DNA of 32,000 bases from Synechococcus sp. A15-24 (GCF_014280195.1 NZ_CP047960.1:1170001-1202000); one strand, 5' to 3'; positions 1 to 10,946 are shown, counted from the first letter of the stretch. Made by a program: numbers and translations. Notes: generated by a model from the sequence alone, not told the origin.

Positions 1-1841
1 GGTATCAGCCCCAGCGACTCCTTGCTCTGCTGCGGCGTGGCGTGGTCGACCATCTTGTCGGGAATACCGATCCGCAGCAGCGGAACACTGATGTCCTGAT
101 CGGACAACGACTCGAGCACTGCTGCACCAAATCCACCGGCCAGAGCGCCCTCTTCCATGGTGACCACGCGACGGATGCGCCGTGCCAACGGATGAATCAA
201 AGCTTGATCCAGGGGCCGCAGGAAACGGCCGTTGATCACCGTGGTGGAAAGGCCAGCTTCCTCAAGCAGGGTGGCGGTGTCCAGAGCCGGGTACACCATC
301 GAGCCATAGGCCACGATCAGCAGATCATCCCCTTCACGCAACAGCTCACCGCGACCGATCGGGAGTGCTTCCCAGCCCTCCTCCATCAAAGGCATGCCGA
401 CCCCTGATCCACGGGGGATGCGCAGAGCTGTGGGTCCGTCGTGGTTCAGACAGGTCACCAGCATCCGCTGGAGTTCCGCCTCATCCTTGGGCGCCATCAC
501 CGTGAAGTTGGGGATGGATCGCATGTAGCTGATGTCGTACTGACCCTGGTGCGTCGGTCCATCAGCACCGACGATGCCGGCCCGATCGAGCACGAAGGTC
601 ACCGGCAGGTTCTGGATGCCGACGTCATGGATGAGTTGGTCGTAGGCGCGCTGCAGGAAGGTGCTGTAAATGGCCACAACAGGCCGCAGACCTTCACAGG
701 CCATACCTGCCGCCAAGGTGACCGCGTGTTGTTCGGCGATGCCGACATCCACGTACTGCTTAGGAACAGCTTTCTGCAGCAGATCCAGGCCGGTTCCAGT
801 GGCCATGGCGGCGGTGATGCCCACCACGCGGCTGTTCTGTTCGCAGAGCTTGACCAGGGTCTGGCCGAACACCTTGCTGTAACTGGCAGGTTTCGGTTTC
901 TTCGACGGAATGGCCTTACCGGTGCTCAGATCAAAAGCGGACTGGGCGTGATAGCCGACCTGATCCGCCTCGGCATAGGGGTAACCCTTTCCTTTCTTGG
1001 TGACGACATGAACCAGAACGGGGCCACCATCACGGTGGGCTGCCTGGAAGGTCCGCATCATTTCACCGATGTCATGGCCATCGATCGGCCCCATGTAGGT
1101 AAAGCCCAGCTCTTCAAACACGGCACCCACCTTGGGAACCGCGAGACGACGCATGCTGCCCTTCAGGCGGTTCAACTCAGCGGGGAGCTCGCCACCCATG
1201 AAGGGAAGATGGCGAACGCTTTCCTCAACACTGCCTGAGAGGAACTGCATCGGCGGACTGAGCCGTGCTCGGTTCAGAACGTTCGATAGGGCACCCACCG
1301 GGGGGGAGATCGACATGTCGTTGTCGTTGAGGACAACGAGCAAGGGGGTTTCGGGGAGATGTCCGGCGTGGTTGATCGCTTCCAGCGCCATCCCACCGGT
1401 GAGAGCACCATCGCCGATCACGGCGACGCACTTGAAGTCCTCACCGCGGTTATCCCGGGCCATCGCCATGCCCAGCGCTGCTGAAATAGACGTGCTGGCA
1501 TGACCAGCACCGAAATGGTCAAAATTGCTTTCGGAGCGTTTGAGGTACCCGGCAACCCCGTTCTGCTGGCGAAGGGTATGGAAGTCGTTGAAACGACCGG
1601 TGATCAATTTGTGTGGATACGCCTGGTGCCCGACATCCCAGATGACCCGGTCCCGATCCAGATCGAGGGTCTGGTAGAGCGCCAGGGTGAGCTCCACCAC
1701 CCCCAGGCCAGGGCCGAGATGGCCGCCACTGGTGGAGACCACCTGAAGATGACGCTCTCGAATCTGACGAGCGACATCCTCAAGCTCAGACAGCTTGAGG
1801 CCGTGCAGCTCATTCGGATGCGTCAGATCTCCGAGATGCAT
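1..1841 (-). CDS. dxs: 1-deoxy-D-xylulose-5-phosphate synthase (3' end lies beyond the left window edge)
   Basis: The minus frame is open from the ATG at 1841-1839 to the window edge, so it is absent from the ORF track (no in-window stop). The translation starts [83 protein letters not shown] and continues through the thiamine-diphosphate motif [23 protein letters not shown]. This is a typical Dxs. Confidence 0.95.
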   Translation of the reverse strand, partial: MHLGDLTHPNELHGLKLSELEDVARQIRERHLQVVSTSGGHLGPGLGVVELTLALYQTLDLDRDRVIWDVGHQAYPHKLITGRFNDFHTLRQQNGVAGYLKRSESNFDHFGAGHASTSISAALGMAMARDNRGEDFKCVAVIGDGALTGGMALEAINHAGHLPETPLLVVLNDNDMSISPPVGALSNVLNRARLSPPMQFLSGSVEESVRHLPFMGGELPAELNRLKGSMRRLAVPKVGAVFEELGFTYMGPIDGHDIGEMMRTFQAAHRDGGPVLVHVVTKKGKGYPYAEADQVGYHAQSAFDLSTGKAIPSKKPKPASYSKVFGQTLVKLCEQNSRVVGITAAMATGTGLDLLQKAVPKQYVDVGIAEQHAVTLAAGMACEGLRPVVAIYSTFLQRAYDQLIHDVGIQNLPVTFVLDRAGIVGADGPTHQGQYDISYMRSIPNFTVMAPKDEAELQRMLVTCLNHDGPTALRIPRGSGVGMPLMEEGWEALPIGRGELLREGDDLLIVAYGSMVYPALDTATLLEEAGLSTTVINGRFLRPLDQALIHPLARRIRRVVTMEEGALAGGFGAAVLESLSDQDISVPLLRIGIPDKMVDHATPQQSKESLGLI

Positions 1842-1921
1842 GCACCATCCGCTCCAGGTCTTGCAATCTACGGCGTCCTTTCCTTAGGACCGTTAGCCCT
1901 GAACATGGGGAGAATGGAGGG

Positions 1922-3451
1922 ATGACCGACTATCTCCAGCGGATCCTGCGGGCTCGCGTTTACGACGTCGCGCGGGAGACGCCGCTTGACCCTGCCCCAA
2001 ACCTCAGTCGCCGACTCGGCAATGAGGTGCTGCTGAAGCGCGAAGACCTGCAACCGGTGTTCTCGTTCAAGCTTCGCGGTGCTTACAACCGCATGGCTCA
2101 GCTCACGCCGGAGGAACTCAGTCGTGGCGTGATCGCCTCCAGCGCTGGAAATCATGCCCAGGGCGTGGCCCTCAGTGCCAAAAAACTCGGCTGCCGCGCC
2201 GTCATCGTGATGCCCGCCACCACACCCGAGGTGAAGGTGCGGGCCGTACGCAGCCTTGGCGGGGAAGTCGTGCTCCATGGGGAGACCTACGACGAATGTT
2301 CAGCAGAAGCGAGACAACGCTGCGCTGATGAGGGACTCACCTACATCCATCCCTTTGACGACCCGGAAGTTATCGCCGGCCAGGGAACAATCGGTCTGGA
2401 GATCATGCGGCAGAGCCCTGAACCACCGAACGCCATTTATGTCGCGGTCGGCGGCGGCGGACTGATTGCCGGAATCGCGGCTTACGTCAAACAGCTGTGG
2501 CCCAGCACGGAGATCGTCGGCGTGGAACCGCTTGATGCGGACGCCATGACCCAGTCGTTAGAGCAGGGACAACGGATTGAGCTGGCCCAGGTGGGCCTGT
2601 TCGCCGACGGCGTTGCGGTCCGCAGGGTGGGAGAGCACACCTTTGCCCTGGCCCAGCAATTTGTTGACCGCATGGTGCGGGTCGACACCGATGCGATCTG
2701 TGCCGCCATCAAGGACGTGTTTGAAGACACGCGCTCCATCCTTGAACCGGCTGGTGCACTTGCCGTGGCTGGGCTGAAGCAGGATGTGGCCGATTGCCAC
2801 ATGGCGGACCGCCGACTGGTGGCGGTAGCCTGCGGAGCCAACATGAACTTTGATCGCCTGAGGTTCATCGCCGAACGCTCCGAGCTGGGAGAGGAACGTG
2901 AGGCGATGTTGGCGGTGGAAATCTCCGAGAAACCGGGAAGCCTCAGAACCCTGTGCGATCACCTGCGCAGCCGCAGCCTCACCGAATTCAGTTATCGAAT
3001 GAGTGAGGGGGAATCAGCCCACATTTTCATCGGCGTGCAGGTGAACGGCGCACAGGATCGTCACCATCTCGTGGATGGACTCCAGCAACAGGGCTTCTCC
3101 TGTCTTGATCTCAGCGACAACGAACTGTCCAAGGGTCACCTCCGTCACATGGTTGGCGGTCGTCTTCCATCCACATCGAAGGACGGTTGCGCTGGGGGCT
3201 GCCTTGAACTGCTGTACCGCTTTGAATTTCCAGAAAGACCGGGGGCACTGATGCGCTTCGTCAGCGCTCTCAATCCCGGTTGGAGCATCAGCATCTTCCA
3301 CTACCGGAACCATGGAGCTGACGTGGGTCGGATCGTGGTGGGTGTGCTGATACCGGTGGAAGAACAGCCGCAGTGGACGGCCTTCCTCAATGAGCTTGGG
3401 TACCCCTACTGGAATGAAACGGACAATCCGGCTTACACCCTGTTCCTCTGA
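1922..3451 (+). CDS. ilvA: Biosynthetic threonine dehydratase (threonine ammonia-lyase)
   Basis: 509-aa ORF with an ATG start. It has the PLP-lysine motif FSFKLRGAYN, the glycine-rich loop VGGGGLIAG, and a C-terminal duplicated regulatory region. The length is typical of IlvA. Confidence 0.95.
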   Translation: MTDYLQRILRARVYDVARETPLDPAPNLSRRLGNEVLLKREDLQPVFSFKLRGAYNRMAQLTPEELSRGVIASSAGNHAQGVALSAKKLGCRAVIVMPATTPEVKVRAVRSLGGEVVLHGETYDECSAEARQRCADEGLTYIHPFDDPEVIAGQGTIGLEIMRQSPEPPNAIYVAVGGGGLIAGIAAYVKQLWPSTEIVGVEPLDADAMTQSLEQGQRIELAQVGLFADGVAVRRVGEHTFALAQQFVDRMVRVDTDAICAAIKDVFEDTRSILEPAGALAVAGLKQDVADCHMADRRLVAVACGANMNFDRLRFIAERSELGEEREAMLAVEISEKPGSLRTLCDHLRSRSLTEFSYRMSEGESAHIFIGVQVNGAQDRHHLVDGLQQQGFSCLDLSDNELSKGHLRHMVGGRLPSTSKDGCAGGCLELLYRFEFPERPGALMRFVSALNPGWSISIFHYRNHGADVGRIVVGVLIPVEEQPQWTAFLNELGYPYWNETDNPAYTLFL

Positions 3452-3490
3452 CGTTGACGGCGATACCTTGGACCATTGCGACGGTTCGCG

Positions 3491-3988
3491 ATGTCCACAC
3501 CGTCTCTCGCTGCCCAGATCGAAGCCATCCTGTATCTGAAAGGGCGTCCGATCGGTCTGAACGAGCTGTCTGACCTTGCTCGAGCCGAACCTCAGGGGGT
3601 TCAACAGGCCCTGCTGGCCCTCTCAGCCAGCTATGCCCAGCGGGATACCGCACTGGAGATCGTCGAGCAGAACGGCCGGTTCGGACTGCAACTCCGTCCG
3701 GCACTCGCGGACCTGGTTCAAAACATGCTGCCGGTGAATCTCTCCACCGCCGCACTGCGGACCCTGGCAACGATTGCCCTGAAGAAAAGGATCCTGCAAG
3801 CAGACCTGGTGGATCTGCGTGGCTCGGGTGCCTACGACCACATCAAGGAATTGCTGGCCCAGGATTTCATCGAACGGCGCCGTCAGAGCGAGGGACGCTC
3901 GTACTGGATCACGCTCTCCGAAAAATTCCATCGCACCTTTTCGGTTCTTCCGGACTTGGCCCAGGATCCACCGGCTGAGGCTGCATAG
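3491..3988 (+). CDS. scpB: Segregation and condensation protein B
   Basis: The translation MSTPSLAAQIEAILYLKGRPIGLNELSDLA... matches the ScpB winged-helix N-terminus. The track ORF begins at TTG 3476; the in-frame ATG at 3491 is the more likely start. Confidence 0.85.
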   Translation: MSTPSLAAQIEAILYLKGRPIGLNELSDLARAEPQGVQQALLALSASYAQRDTALEIVEQNGRFGLQLRPALADLVQNMLPVNLSTAALRTLATIALKKRILQADLVDLRGSGAYDHIKELLAQDFIERRRQSEGRSYWITLSEKFHRTFSVLPDLAQDPPAEAA

Positions 3989-4026
3989 ACTTTTCGAAGC
4001 TTTCGAGTCGAACTGTGGACACAACC

Positions 4027-4326
4027 ATGCTCACCAGTGGCATCGCCTATCTGCTGCTGGTGCTGTCCACCGCCGTGAACATTTACTTGTTTGTGCTGTT
4101 CGTGCGGGTGCTGCTCACCTGGTTCCCCAACATCGATTTCAGCAACCCCGTCCTGGGTGGCGTCGCCTCGATCACCGACCCGTATCTGAACATGTTTCGT
4201 GGGGTGATCCCTCCGATCGGTGGGATTGATCTTTCGGCGATCCTGGCGTTCATTGCCTTGCGAGTGTTGCAGGGATTGCTCGAAGCATCCAGCGCTCAAT
4301 TCCAGTCAATGAGTCTGGGGTTCTGA
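4027..4326 (+). CDS. YggT/Ycf19-family integral membrane protein
   Basis: MLTSGIAYLLLVLSTAVNIYLFVLFVRVLLTWFPNIDFSNPVL...PYLNMFRGVIPPIGGIDLS is the YggT signature with two TM segments. The track start is GTG 4015; ATG 4027 is preferred. Confidence 0.8.
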   Translation: MLTSGIAYLLLVLSTAVNIYLFVLFVRVLLTWFPNIDFSNPVLGGVASITDPYLNMFRGVIPPIGGIDLSAILAFIALRVLQGLLEASSAQFQSMSLGF

Positions 4327-4327
4327 A

Positions 4328-4792
4328 TCACTGAATCGCTTGCTCCAGCGGCAGCAGATCGTCGTCATCAACGCTGGTGAGGTTGCGCACGGGCGCCTTG
4401 AATCCCCGCGCCCGGGGGTCGCGGATTTCAAACGGACCAGGAGTGCCCGCCGGCACGGAGAGTCTCAGGGCGAAGGTCTGCAAACCGGGAATCACATCTC
4501 CGATCGAGCCGACCCGGGTTCGGTTCGGAAGAATCGGTTCGCCACTGGCGTCAAGGATGCGAGCGAACACATCGGTGTCCACCACAGGCTTGCGACCGGG
4601 GTTCTCCACCTCACCACTGAGGACGTAACACGTCGCTCCCATGGGACGAGCAAAGTCCGGTTGGTTGCGGGGATCCTCAAGGGAACAGGGCTCAAGGCCG
4701 AGGTTGTTGAGATTCAGATCGGCTGCATCTACGGGATTCACCCCGATCAAAAGCAACAACAGGGCAAGCAGAGGGAGCAGACGTTGGGGCAT
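4328..4792 (-). CDS. Conserved hypothetical secreted protein
   Basis: 154-aa ORF with an ATG start. The N-terminus MPQRLLPLLALLLLLIGVNPVDAADL is signal-peptide-like. The ORF starts 6 nt after the stop of the upstream MazG-like gene, which suggests an operon. Confidence 0.7.
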   Translation of the reverse strand: MPQRLLPLLALLLLLIGVNPVDAADLNLNNLGLEPCSLEDPRNQPDFARPMGATCYVLSGEVENPGRKPVVDTDVFARILDASGEPILPNRTRVGSIGDVIPGLQTFALRLSVPAGTPGPFEIRDPRARGFKAPVRNLTSVDDDDLLPLEQAIQ

Positions 4793-4798
4793 GAACTC

Positions 4799-5128
4799 CT
4801 AGCGGTGGTCTCCACTGCCCGTAATGCGACCACGGGCCGCACGGCTGGCCAGTTTGTCGAGATTGGCCGAAGCGACCTCATCCAGGTCATAACCCAACTC
4901 GCGGGCCAACTGGGCGACGTACCAGAGCACATCTCCCAGTTCGAGCTTGATCGCTTCTCTGGTCTCAGGATCAAAAATCCCTTCGCGATCTCGTAACACC
5001 TTTTTGACCTTGTCCGCCACTTCTCCGGCTTCCCCTGTCAGGCCCAGCGTTGGGTAGATGGGGTTCTGACCCACCCGGGGGTAAGCGGCTGTTCTCCGTG
5101 CAGCATCCTGATAGGCGTTGAGTTCCAT
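4799..5128 (-). CDS. MazG-like nucleotide pyrophosphohydrolase domain protein
   Basis: MELNAYQDAARRTAAYP...LGLTGEAGEVADKVKK...ELGDVLWYVAQLA is the small all-alpha MazG/NTP-PPase pattern (EAGE...E..D). The ATG at 5128 is preferred over the track's TTG at 5167. Confidence 0.85.
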   Translation of the reverse strand: MELNAYQDAARRTAAYPRVGQNPIYPTLGLTGEAGEVADKVKKVLRDREGIFDPETREAIKLELGDVLWYVAQLARELGYDLDEVASANLDKLASRAARGRITGSGDHR

Positions 5129-5184
5129 CGGCAAAGCCTGACAACGCCCGGATGGTAGTTTCCGCAAGGATTTTGAGCCTCGGT

Positions 5185-6639
5185 ATGGGCCAGTTCGATC
5201 AGAACCGTCGGACCAAGATCGTGGCCACCATCGGTCCAGCCACGGAAAGTTCCGAGCGAATCAAGGAACTGGTTCAGGCTGGAGCCACCACCTTTCGGCT
5301 GAATTTCTCCCACGGCGACCACAGCGAGCATGCGGCGCGGATTACGACCATCCGCCAGGTGTCTGAAGAGCTTGGGATCAACATCGGCATCCTTCAGGAC
5401 CTGCAGGGACCAAAAATCCGCCTGGGCCGTTTTGCCGAGGGCCCGATCACCCTGGCCAATGGCGACAACTTCTCCCTGACGTCCAGGCCGGTGAGTTGCA
5501 ACCAATCCATCGCCACCGTCACCTACAACAAGCTTGCTGACGAAGTCACCGCCGGCAGCCGCATCCTTCTAGACGACGGCCGCGTTGAGATGAAAGTCGA
5601 GCAGGTGGATCAGGCCGAACAGACCCTGCACTGCACCGTCACCGTTGGCGGTGTTCTCTCCAACAACAAAGGGGTGAATTTCCCAGATGTGCAGCTGTCC
5701 GTCCGCGCTCTGACGGACAAGGACAAGGTGGATCTGGAATTCGGTCTCTCCCAGGGGGTCGACTGGGTGGCCCTGAGCTTCGTACGCAATCCCTCCGACA
5801 TGGAGGAAATCCGTGGCCTGATCCGTGAGCATGGCCACGAGACCCCCGTCGTCGCCAAGATCGAGAAGTTTGAGGCCATCGACCAGATCGATGCCATCCT
5901 TCCCCTTTGCGATAGCGTGATGGTCGCCAGGGGTGACCTGGGGGTAGAGATGCCCGCTGAGGAGGTCCCTCTTCTGCAGAAGGAATTGATCCAGAAAGCC
6001 AACAGCCTGGGCATTCCGATCATCACGGCTACCCAGATGTTGGATTCGATGGCCTCCAGCCCGCGGCCCACCCGCGCCGAAGTGAGCGATGTGGCCAACG
6101 CCATTCTCGATGGCACCGATGCGGTGATGCTCTCCAACGAAACGGCCGTCGGCGATTTCCCGGTGGAAGCCGTTCAGACGATGGCGACCATCGCCTGCCG
6201 GATCGAAAAGGATTATCCCCAGCGTTCCGTTGACAGCCATCTGGCCAGCACGGTGCCGAATGCCCTGAGTGGCGCCGTCAGCACCATCGCCAGCCAGCTG
6301 AACGCCTCGGCGATCCTCCCTCTCACTAAAAGTGGGGCCACAGCCAAGAACGTCAGCAAGTTCCGTCCCGCAGCGCCGATTCTGGCCATTACCCCTGATC
6401 CAACCGTGGCTTGCCGCCTGCAACTGGTTTGGGGGGTGAAGCCGCTGGTGATCCCGCAGCACGAACGCACCACTCACACGTTCCTTTCTGCGATGACCCA
6501 GGCCAAAACAATGGGGCTTCTCAAAGAAGGGGATCTGGTTGTTCAGACGGCCGGGACCCACACGGGCGTCTCCGGTTCCACCGATCTGGTCAAGGTGGGC
6601 ATCGTCAGTTCCGAGGAAGAACCCGTCAACATGATCTGA
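5185..6639 (+). CDS. pyk: Pyruvate kinase
   Basis: RRTKIVATIGPA...FRLNFSHG...MVARGDLGVE...ATQMLDSM are classic pyruvate kinase motifs. ATG 5185 (MGQFDQNRRTKIV) is preferred over ATG 5152, which would leave only 23 nt to the divergent MazG-like gene. Confidence 0.93.
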   Translation: MGQFDQNRRTKIVATIGPATESSERIKELVQAGATTFRLNFSHGDHSEHAARITTIRQVSEELGINIGILQDLQGPKIRLGRFAEGPITLANGDNFSLTSRPVSCNQSIATVTYNKLADEVTAGSRILLDDGRVEMKVEQVDQAEQTLHCTVTVGGVLSNNKGVNFPDVQLSVRALTDKDKVDLEFGLSQGVDWVALSFVRNPSDMEEIRGLIREHGHETPVVAKIEKFEAIDQIDAILPLCDSVMVARGDLGVEMPAEEVPLLQKELIQKANSLGIPIITATQMLDSMASSPRPTRAEVSDVANAILDGTDAVMLSNETAVGDFPVEAVQTMATIACRIEKDYPQRSVDSHLASTVPNALSGAVSTIASQLNASAILPLTKSGATAKNVSKFRPAAPILAITPDPTVACRLQLVWGVKPLVIPQHERTTHTFLSAMTQAKTMGLLKEGDLVVQTAGTHTGVSGSTDLVKVGIVSSEEEPVNMI

Positions 6640-6662
6640 TTGCTCTTCTCTGCTGAGCTGCG

Positions 6663-7892
6663 ATGACCCGGCGGATGCCAGCGACGGAGACCGTGAGGAT
6701 GGCTCTCACCACGTTGCGCAGCAATCGATTGCGCAGCCTGCTGACGATGGTGGGCATCGTGATCGGCAATGCGTCAGTGATCACGCTGGTGGGCGTCGGA
6801 CGTGGCGCTCAGGGTCTGGCGGAAGAGCAGCTCAGCAACCTCGGCGCCAACGTTCTGTTTGTGGTTCCTGGCAACAACGACACCCGCCGCCGCGGCGTGG
6901 CCTTCCCCAAAACACTGGTCCTCGAAGACGCTGAAGCGATCGCTGAACAGGCTCCCAGTGTTCGCCGTGTGGCGCCGCAGATCACCAGCAGCCAGGTCGT
7001 GCAGGCAGGTGCGCGAACGGCCACCAGTTCCATCTCGGGGATTACCGCCGACTTTTTACCGGTCCGCAGTTTTGAGATTGCCCGCGGACGATTCATCACT
7101 CCCCAGGACAACCAGGCCGCTCGAGCCGTAACAGTGATCGGGCCGGACCTACGGAGCAAGCTCTTCCCTACCAGCGAACCGCTGGGGCAACAACTCCGCA
7201 TCGGAACAGAGGCCTTCGAGGTGATCGGTGTAATGGCCCCAAAGGGAGCGGTGTTCGGCAGCAACCAGGACGAGAACGCATACATCCCCCTGAACACCAT
7301 GGTGACCCGACTGACCGGTCGTGATCCCACCTACGGCGTCAGCCTCAGTTTCATCAGCGTGGAGGCGCGGGACGAGGCCAGCACCAGTGCCGCAAAGTTC
7401 CAGATCACGAACCTGCTGCGCCAGCGCCACCGGATCCTTCGGGACGATGACTTCGCGGTGCGTTCTCAGAAAGATGCACTCACCATCGTCGGCACCATCA
7501 CTGGCGGACTCACCCTGATGCTGGCCGCGATCGGGGGAATCTCCCTGCTGGTTGGCGGCATTGGAATCATGAACATCATGCTGGTGTCCGTCAGTGAACG
7601 GACGGAGGAGATCGGACTACGGAAGGCTCTGGGGGCACGCAGCAGTGATGTGCTCCAGCAGTTCCTGGTGGAATCGTTGGTCCTGGCCAGCCTCGGTGGA
7701 GCCATTGGCACGGCAGGCGGCCTGGGAACGGTCGCTCTGGTGGCAGCGGTCAGTCCACTACCCGCGAGCATCGGGCTCACCACCGTGCTGGTCACGGTGG
7801 GCTTGTCAGGCTCCATCGGCCTGTTCTTCGGTGTCGTACCGGCCCGCCGAGCTGCAAAACTCGACCCGATCGTGGCGCTCAGAAGCCTCTGA
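6663..7892 (+). CDS. ABC transporter permease, MacB/FtsX (DevC-like) type
   Basis: 409 aa. The N-terminal TM segment ([18 protein letters not shown]) is followed by a large extracytoplasmic domain and a C-terminal FtsX-type three-TM bundle ([28 protein letters not shown]). No ATPase or adaptor gene is adjacent. Confidence 0.85.
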   Translation: MTRRMPATETVRMALTTLRSNRLRSLLTMVGIVIGNASVITLVGVGRGAQGLAEEQLSNLGANVLFVVPGNNDTRRRGVAFPKTLVLEDAEAIAEQAPSVRRVAPQITSSQVVQAGARTATSSISGITADFLPVRSFEIARGRFITPQDNQAARAVTVIGPDLRSKLFPTSEPLGQQLRIGTEAFEVIGVMAPKGAVFGSNQDENAYIPLNTMVTRLTGRDPTYGVSLSFISVEARDEASTSAAKFQITNLLRQRHRILRDDDFAVRSQKDALTIVGTITGGLTLMLAAIGGISLLVGGIGIMNIMLVSVSERTEEIGLRKALGARSSDVLQQFLVESLVLASLGGAIGTAGGLGTVALVAAVSPLPASIGLTTVLVTVGLSGSIGLFFGVVPARRAAKLDPIVALRSL

Positions 7893-7948
7893 GCCACACC
7901 ACAGCAGCAATTTTCCTGCTTTACAGTCATTTATCATTTCCCAGGATC

Positions 7949-9862
7949 ATGAATCAGCGTTGGCGCATTGTCGCCCTCTGGCTTCTGCCCATCGGCGTCG
8001 TGCTCCTGATCGGTTGGCAGGTGATCAGCAACGGTGGTCTGAACAGTCAGAACGCCGGGGGCACCACGGTGGCGCCTCGCAATGCAGCGGTGGCCCGCAT
8101 GAGTTACGGCCGCTTCCTCGACTACGTGGAAGCCGGTCGCGTGACAGCTGTGGACATCTACGACGGTGGCCGCAATGCTGTGATCGAAGCCGTTGATCCT
8201 GACCTCGACAACCGCGTCCAGCGTCTGCGGGTGGATCTTCCCGGTCTTGCTCCGGAACTGGTCAACACCCTGAAGGAAGAGGGGATCAGCTTCGACATCC
8301 ACCCCCCACGTACAGCACCTCAGGCCCTTGGCCTGTTGGGCAATCTGCTGTTCCCGCTGCTGTTGATCGGATCATTGATCTTCCTAGCCCGTCGCAACAG
8401 CGGCATGCCCGGAGGCCCCGGCCAGGCCATGCAGTTCGGCAAGAGCAAGGCTCGCTTCATGATGGAAGCGGAAACCGGTGTGATGTTTGATGACGTCGCC
8501 GGTGTTGCTGAGGCCAAGCAGGAACTTCAGGAAGTGGTGACTTTCCTGAAGCAACCCGAGCGTTTCACGTCTGTTGGTGCTCAGATTCCCCGTGGACTGC
8601 TGCTGGTTGGTCCTCCTGGAACTGGCAAGACACTTCTTGCCAAGGCGATTGCGGGTGAAGCTGGCGTTCCATTCTTCTCCCTGTCCGGCTCTGAGTTTGT
8701 CGAAATGTTCGTGGGTGTCGGTGCAAGCCGGGTCCGCGATCTGTTCAAGAAAGCCAAGGAAAACAGCCCCTGTTTGATCTTCATCGACGAAATCGATGCC
8801 GTTGGACGTCAACGTGGCGCTGGCATTGGTGGCGGTAATGACGAGCGTGAGCAAACTCTTAACCAGCTGCTCACCGAAATGGATGGTTTCGAAGGCAACA
8901 GCGGTATCATCATCATTGCGGCAACCAACCGTCCGGACGTGCTGGACTCAGCCCTGATGCGTCCTGGTCGCTTCGACCGTCAGGTCACCGTCGATGCCCC
9001 TGACATCAAGGGTCGACTCTCCATTCTGGAAGTTCATTGCCGCAACAAAAAGCTTGAAGAGGAGCTGTCCCTCGAGAGCATTGCCCGACGCACCCCAGGA
9101 TTCACGGGTGCTGACCTAGCCAACCTGATGAATGAGGCCGCCATCCTCACGGCTCGTCGCCGCAAAGAAGCCATTGGCCTCAGCGAGATAGATGATGCCG
9201 TTGACCGGATCATCGCCGGCATGGAAGGCCGTCCACTGACCGATGGCCGAAGCAAGCGTCTGATCGCTTACCACGAGGTGGGCCATGCGTTGATCGGCAC
9301 CCTGGTGAAGGATCATGACCCGGTTCAGAAGGTCACACTGATTCCTCGCGGGCAAGCACAGGGCCTTACCTGGTTCTCACCGGATGAAGAGCAGACCCTT
9401 GTGACCCGGGCGCAGCTCAAAGCAAGAATCATGGGAGCACTCGGTGGTCGGGCTGCAGAAGATGTGGTGTTCGGTCATGAGGAAGTGACCACAGGTGCTG
9501 GTGGTGACATTCAGCAAGTTGCTTCCATGGCTCGCCAGATGGTGACCCGCCTCGGGATGAGTGATCTGGGTCCCGTCGCCCTTGAAGGCGGAGGTCAGGA
9601 GGTGTTCCTTGGCCGAGACTTGATGTCCCGCAATGACATCTCGGAATCAATCTCCCAACAGATTGATGCTCAGGTCCGTCAAATGGTCAAGCGCTGCTAC
9701 GAGGAAACTCTTGACATCGTCGCGGCCAACCGTGAGGCGATGGATCGCCTCGTAGAACTACTGATTGAAAAAGAAACCATGGATGGCGGCGAGTTCGCAG
9801 CTGTTGTGGCTGAATTCACTCAGGTGCCAGACAAGGACCGCACGGTGGTGATGCTCGACTGA
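7949..9862 (+). CDS. ftsH: ATP-dependent zinc metalloprotease FtsH
   Basis: 637 aa. It has Walker A GPPGTGKT, Walker [10 protein letters not shown], the second region of homology, and the Zn motif HEVGHAL. Confidence 0.97.
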   Translation: MNQRWRIVALWLLPIGVVLLIGWQVISNGGLNSQNAGGTTVAPRNAAVARMSYGRFLDYVEAGRVTAVDIYDGGRNAVIEAVDPDLDNRVQRLRVDLPGLAPELVNTLKEEGISFDIHPPRTAPQALGLLGNLLFPLLLIGSLIFLARRNSGMPGGPGQAMQFGKSKARFMMEAETGVMFDDVAGVAEAKQELQEVVTFLKQPERFTSVGAQIPRGLLLVGPPGTGKTLLAKAIAGEAGVPFFSLSGSEFVEMFVGVGASRVRDLFKKAKENSPCLIFIDEIDAVGRQRGAGIGGGNDEREQTLNQLLTEMDGFEGNSGIIIIAATNRPDVLDSALMRPGRFDRQVTVDAPDIKGRLSILEVHCRNKKLEEELSLESIARRTPGFTGADLANLMNEAAILTARRRKEAIGLSEIDDAVDRIIAGMEGRPLTDGRSKRLIAYHEVGHALIGTLVKDHDPVQKVTLIPRGQAQGLTWFSPDEEQTLVTRAQLKARIMGALGGRAAEDVVFGHEEVTTGAGGDIQQVASMARQMVTRLGMSDLGPVALEGGGQEVFLGRDLMSRNDISESISQQIDAQVRQMVKRCYEETLDIVAANREAMDRLVELLIEKETMDGGEFAAVVAEFTQVPDKDRTVVMLD

Positions 9863-9876
9863 CAATCGATGTTTAA

Positions 9877-9909
9877 TTGGTCTGCTCTCCTTATGCTTGA
9901 GCAGACCAA
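9877..9909 (+). terminator. Perfect 11-bp stem-loop 15 nt after the ftsH stop (putative terminator or stabilising hairpin)
   Basis: TTGGTCTGCTC (9877-9887) pairs with GAGCAGACCAA (9899-9909), leaving an 11-nt loop. No U-tract follows, so intrinsic-terminator function is uncertain. Confidence 0.4.
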
Positions 9910-9925
9910 CCCAGATCAATGATCC

Positions 9926-10177
9926 ATGGCTGATCAGGATAGGATCCGCAATCCCATGGAGATCTACAGCAGTTTTCACGGAAAAGATTGGAGCCCACAG
10001 AGAGCCGCATTTCACCAAAATCTTGAACAGTTTGCCGACCGAATCGGCTTAATTGTCGGCTTGCAAGCCAATGGAAAAATCAGCCAAGAGGAGGCATACG
10101 AGCAGATTAAAGAACTCTGGAAGACTTTGAAAATCAGCCGCAACGATTTACTACCCAATGATGGCGATGAATTTTAA
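9926..10177 (+). CDS. Small hypothetical protein (83 aa)
   Basis: ATG-initiated ORF in a locally AT-richer stretch. The composition is protein-like (MADQDRIRNPMEIYSSFHGKDWSPQRAAFHQNLEQFADRIGLIVGLQANGKISQEEAYEQIKELWK). I do not recognise a family. Confidence 0.6.
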   Translation: MADQDRIRNPMEIYSSFHGKDWSPQRAAFHQNLEQFADRIGLIVGLQANGKISQEEAYEQIKELWKTLKISRNDLLPNDGDEF

Positions 10178-10209
10178 AATATTTAATGCATGATAACACT
10201 TACTAGGAA

Positions 10210-10356
10210 TTATTTTGAATCTGGTTGTTTGAATTTGCGCCATCGGCATCTTTCCGAGCAATAGATCACTGAATCCCAGTTGTTTCGCCAGGCCTTGCGC
10301 CACTGAAACGGCCGCTCACAAACCGGGCAGATTTTGCTGGGCAATCCGGACTTCAT
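10210..10356 (-). CDS. DUF2256-type small zinc-ribbon protein (48 aa); below the ORF-track size cutoff
   Basis: Hand translation gives [48 protein letters not shown]. The CPVC...F.WRK.W...W..V.YCSERCR pattern matches the DUF2256 family as I remember it. Its ATG (10356-10354) overlaps the clpP TGA (10355-10353) as ATGA. Confidence 0.75.
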   Translation of the reverse strand: MKSGLPSKICPVCERPFQWRKAWRNNWDSVIYCSERCRWRKFKQPDSK

Positions 10357-10946
10357 TCCACAGCCTGAACGGGACGCTTATCGATGACGGAATCAATCAG
10401 GCCATACTCAACGGCCTCGCCGGGAGACATGAAAAAGTCGCGATCCGTGTCCTGTTGAATTCGGTCCAGTGGCTGACCGGTGCGATCAGAGAGTTCTTGG
10501 TTCAGTCGTTCCTTGAGATATAGAATTTCGTCTGCCTGAATCCGGATATCACTGGCCTGACCGCGGGCGCCACCAAGGGGTTGGTGGATCATGATCCGCG
10601 AATGCTGAAGGCTGCTGCGCTTACCTTTGGTTCCGGCACAGAGAAGAAACGCTCCCATACTCGCCGCCAAGCCGACACAAACAGTGTGCACATCAGGCTT
10701 GATGTGCTGCATGGTGTCAAAGATGCCAAGGCCGTCGTAAACGGAACCGCCGGGTGAATTGATGTAGAGATAAATATCCTTCTCGGGGTCTTCTGCTTCT
10801 AAGAAGAGCATCTGAGCAACGATGCGATTGGCCGAATCACTCGTGACGGCTTCCCCCAAGAAAATGATGCGTTCGCGTAGCAAGCGCGAATAGATGTCAA
10901 AAGCCCTTTCACCACGACCTGACTCCTCGATCACGATTGGAATCAT
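10353..10946 (-). CDS. clpP: ATP-dependent Clp protease proteolytic subunit
   Basis: 197 aa with an ATG start. The catalytic Ser/His/Asp context is present ([26 protein letters not shown]). Confidence 0.95.
   Translation of the reverse strand: MIPIVIEESGRGERAFDIYSRLLRERIIFLGEAVTSDSANRIVAQMLFLEAEDPEKDIYLYINSPGGSVYDGLGIFDTMQHIKPDVHTVCVGLAASMGAFLLCAGTKGKRSSLQHSRIMIHQPLGGARGQASDIRIQADEILYLKERLNQELSDRTGQPLDRIQQDTDRDFFMSPGEAVEYGLIDSVIDKRPVQAVE

Noticed and set aside
441-1925. Several + strand ORFs (265, 123 and 141 aa) across the dxs region
   Set aside because: All lie opposite the continuous Dxs reading frame, have Arg/Gly/His-rich junk composition and use non-ATG track starts.
5569-6561. 330-aa minus-strand ORF (and a nested 175-aa ORF) inside pyk
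   Set aside because: It is antisense to an unmistakable pyruvate kinase frame. The composition is Gly/Arg/His-rich and low-complexity, typical of shadow ORFs in high-GC DNA. There are no recognisable motifs.
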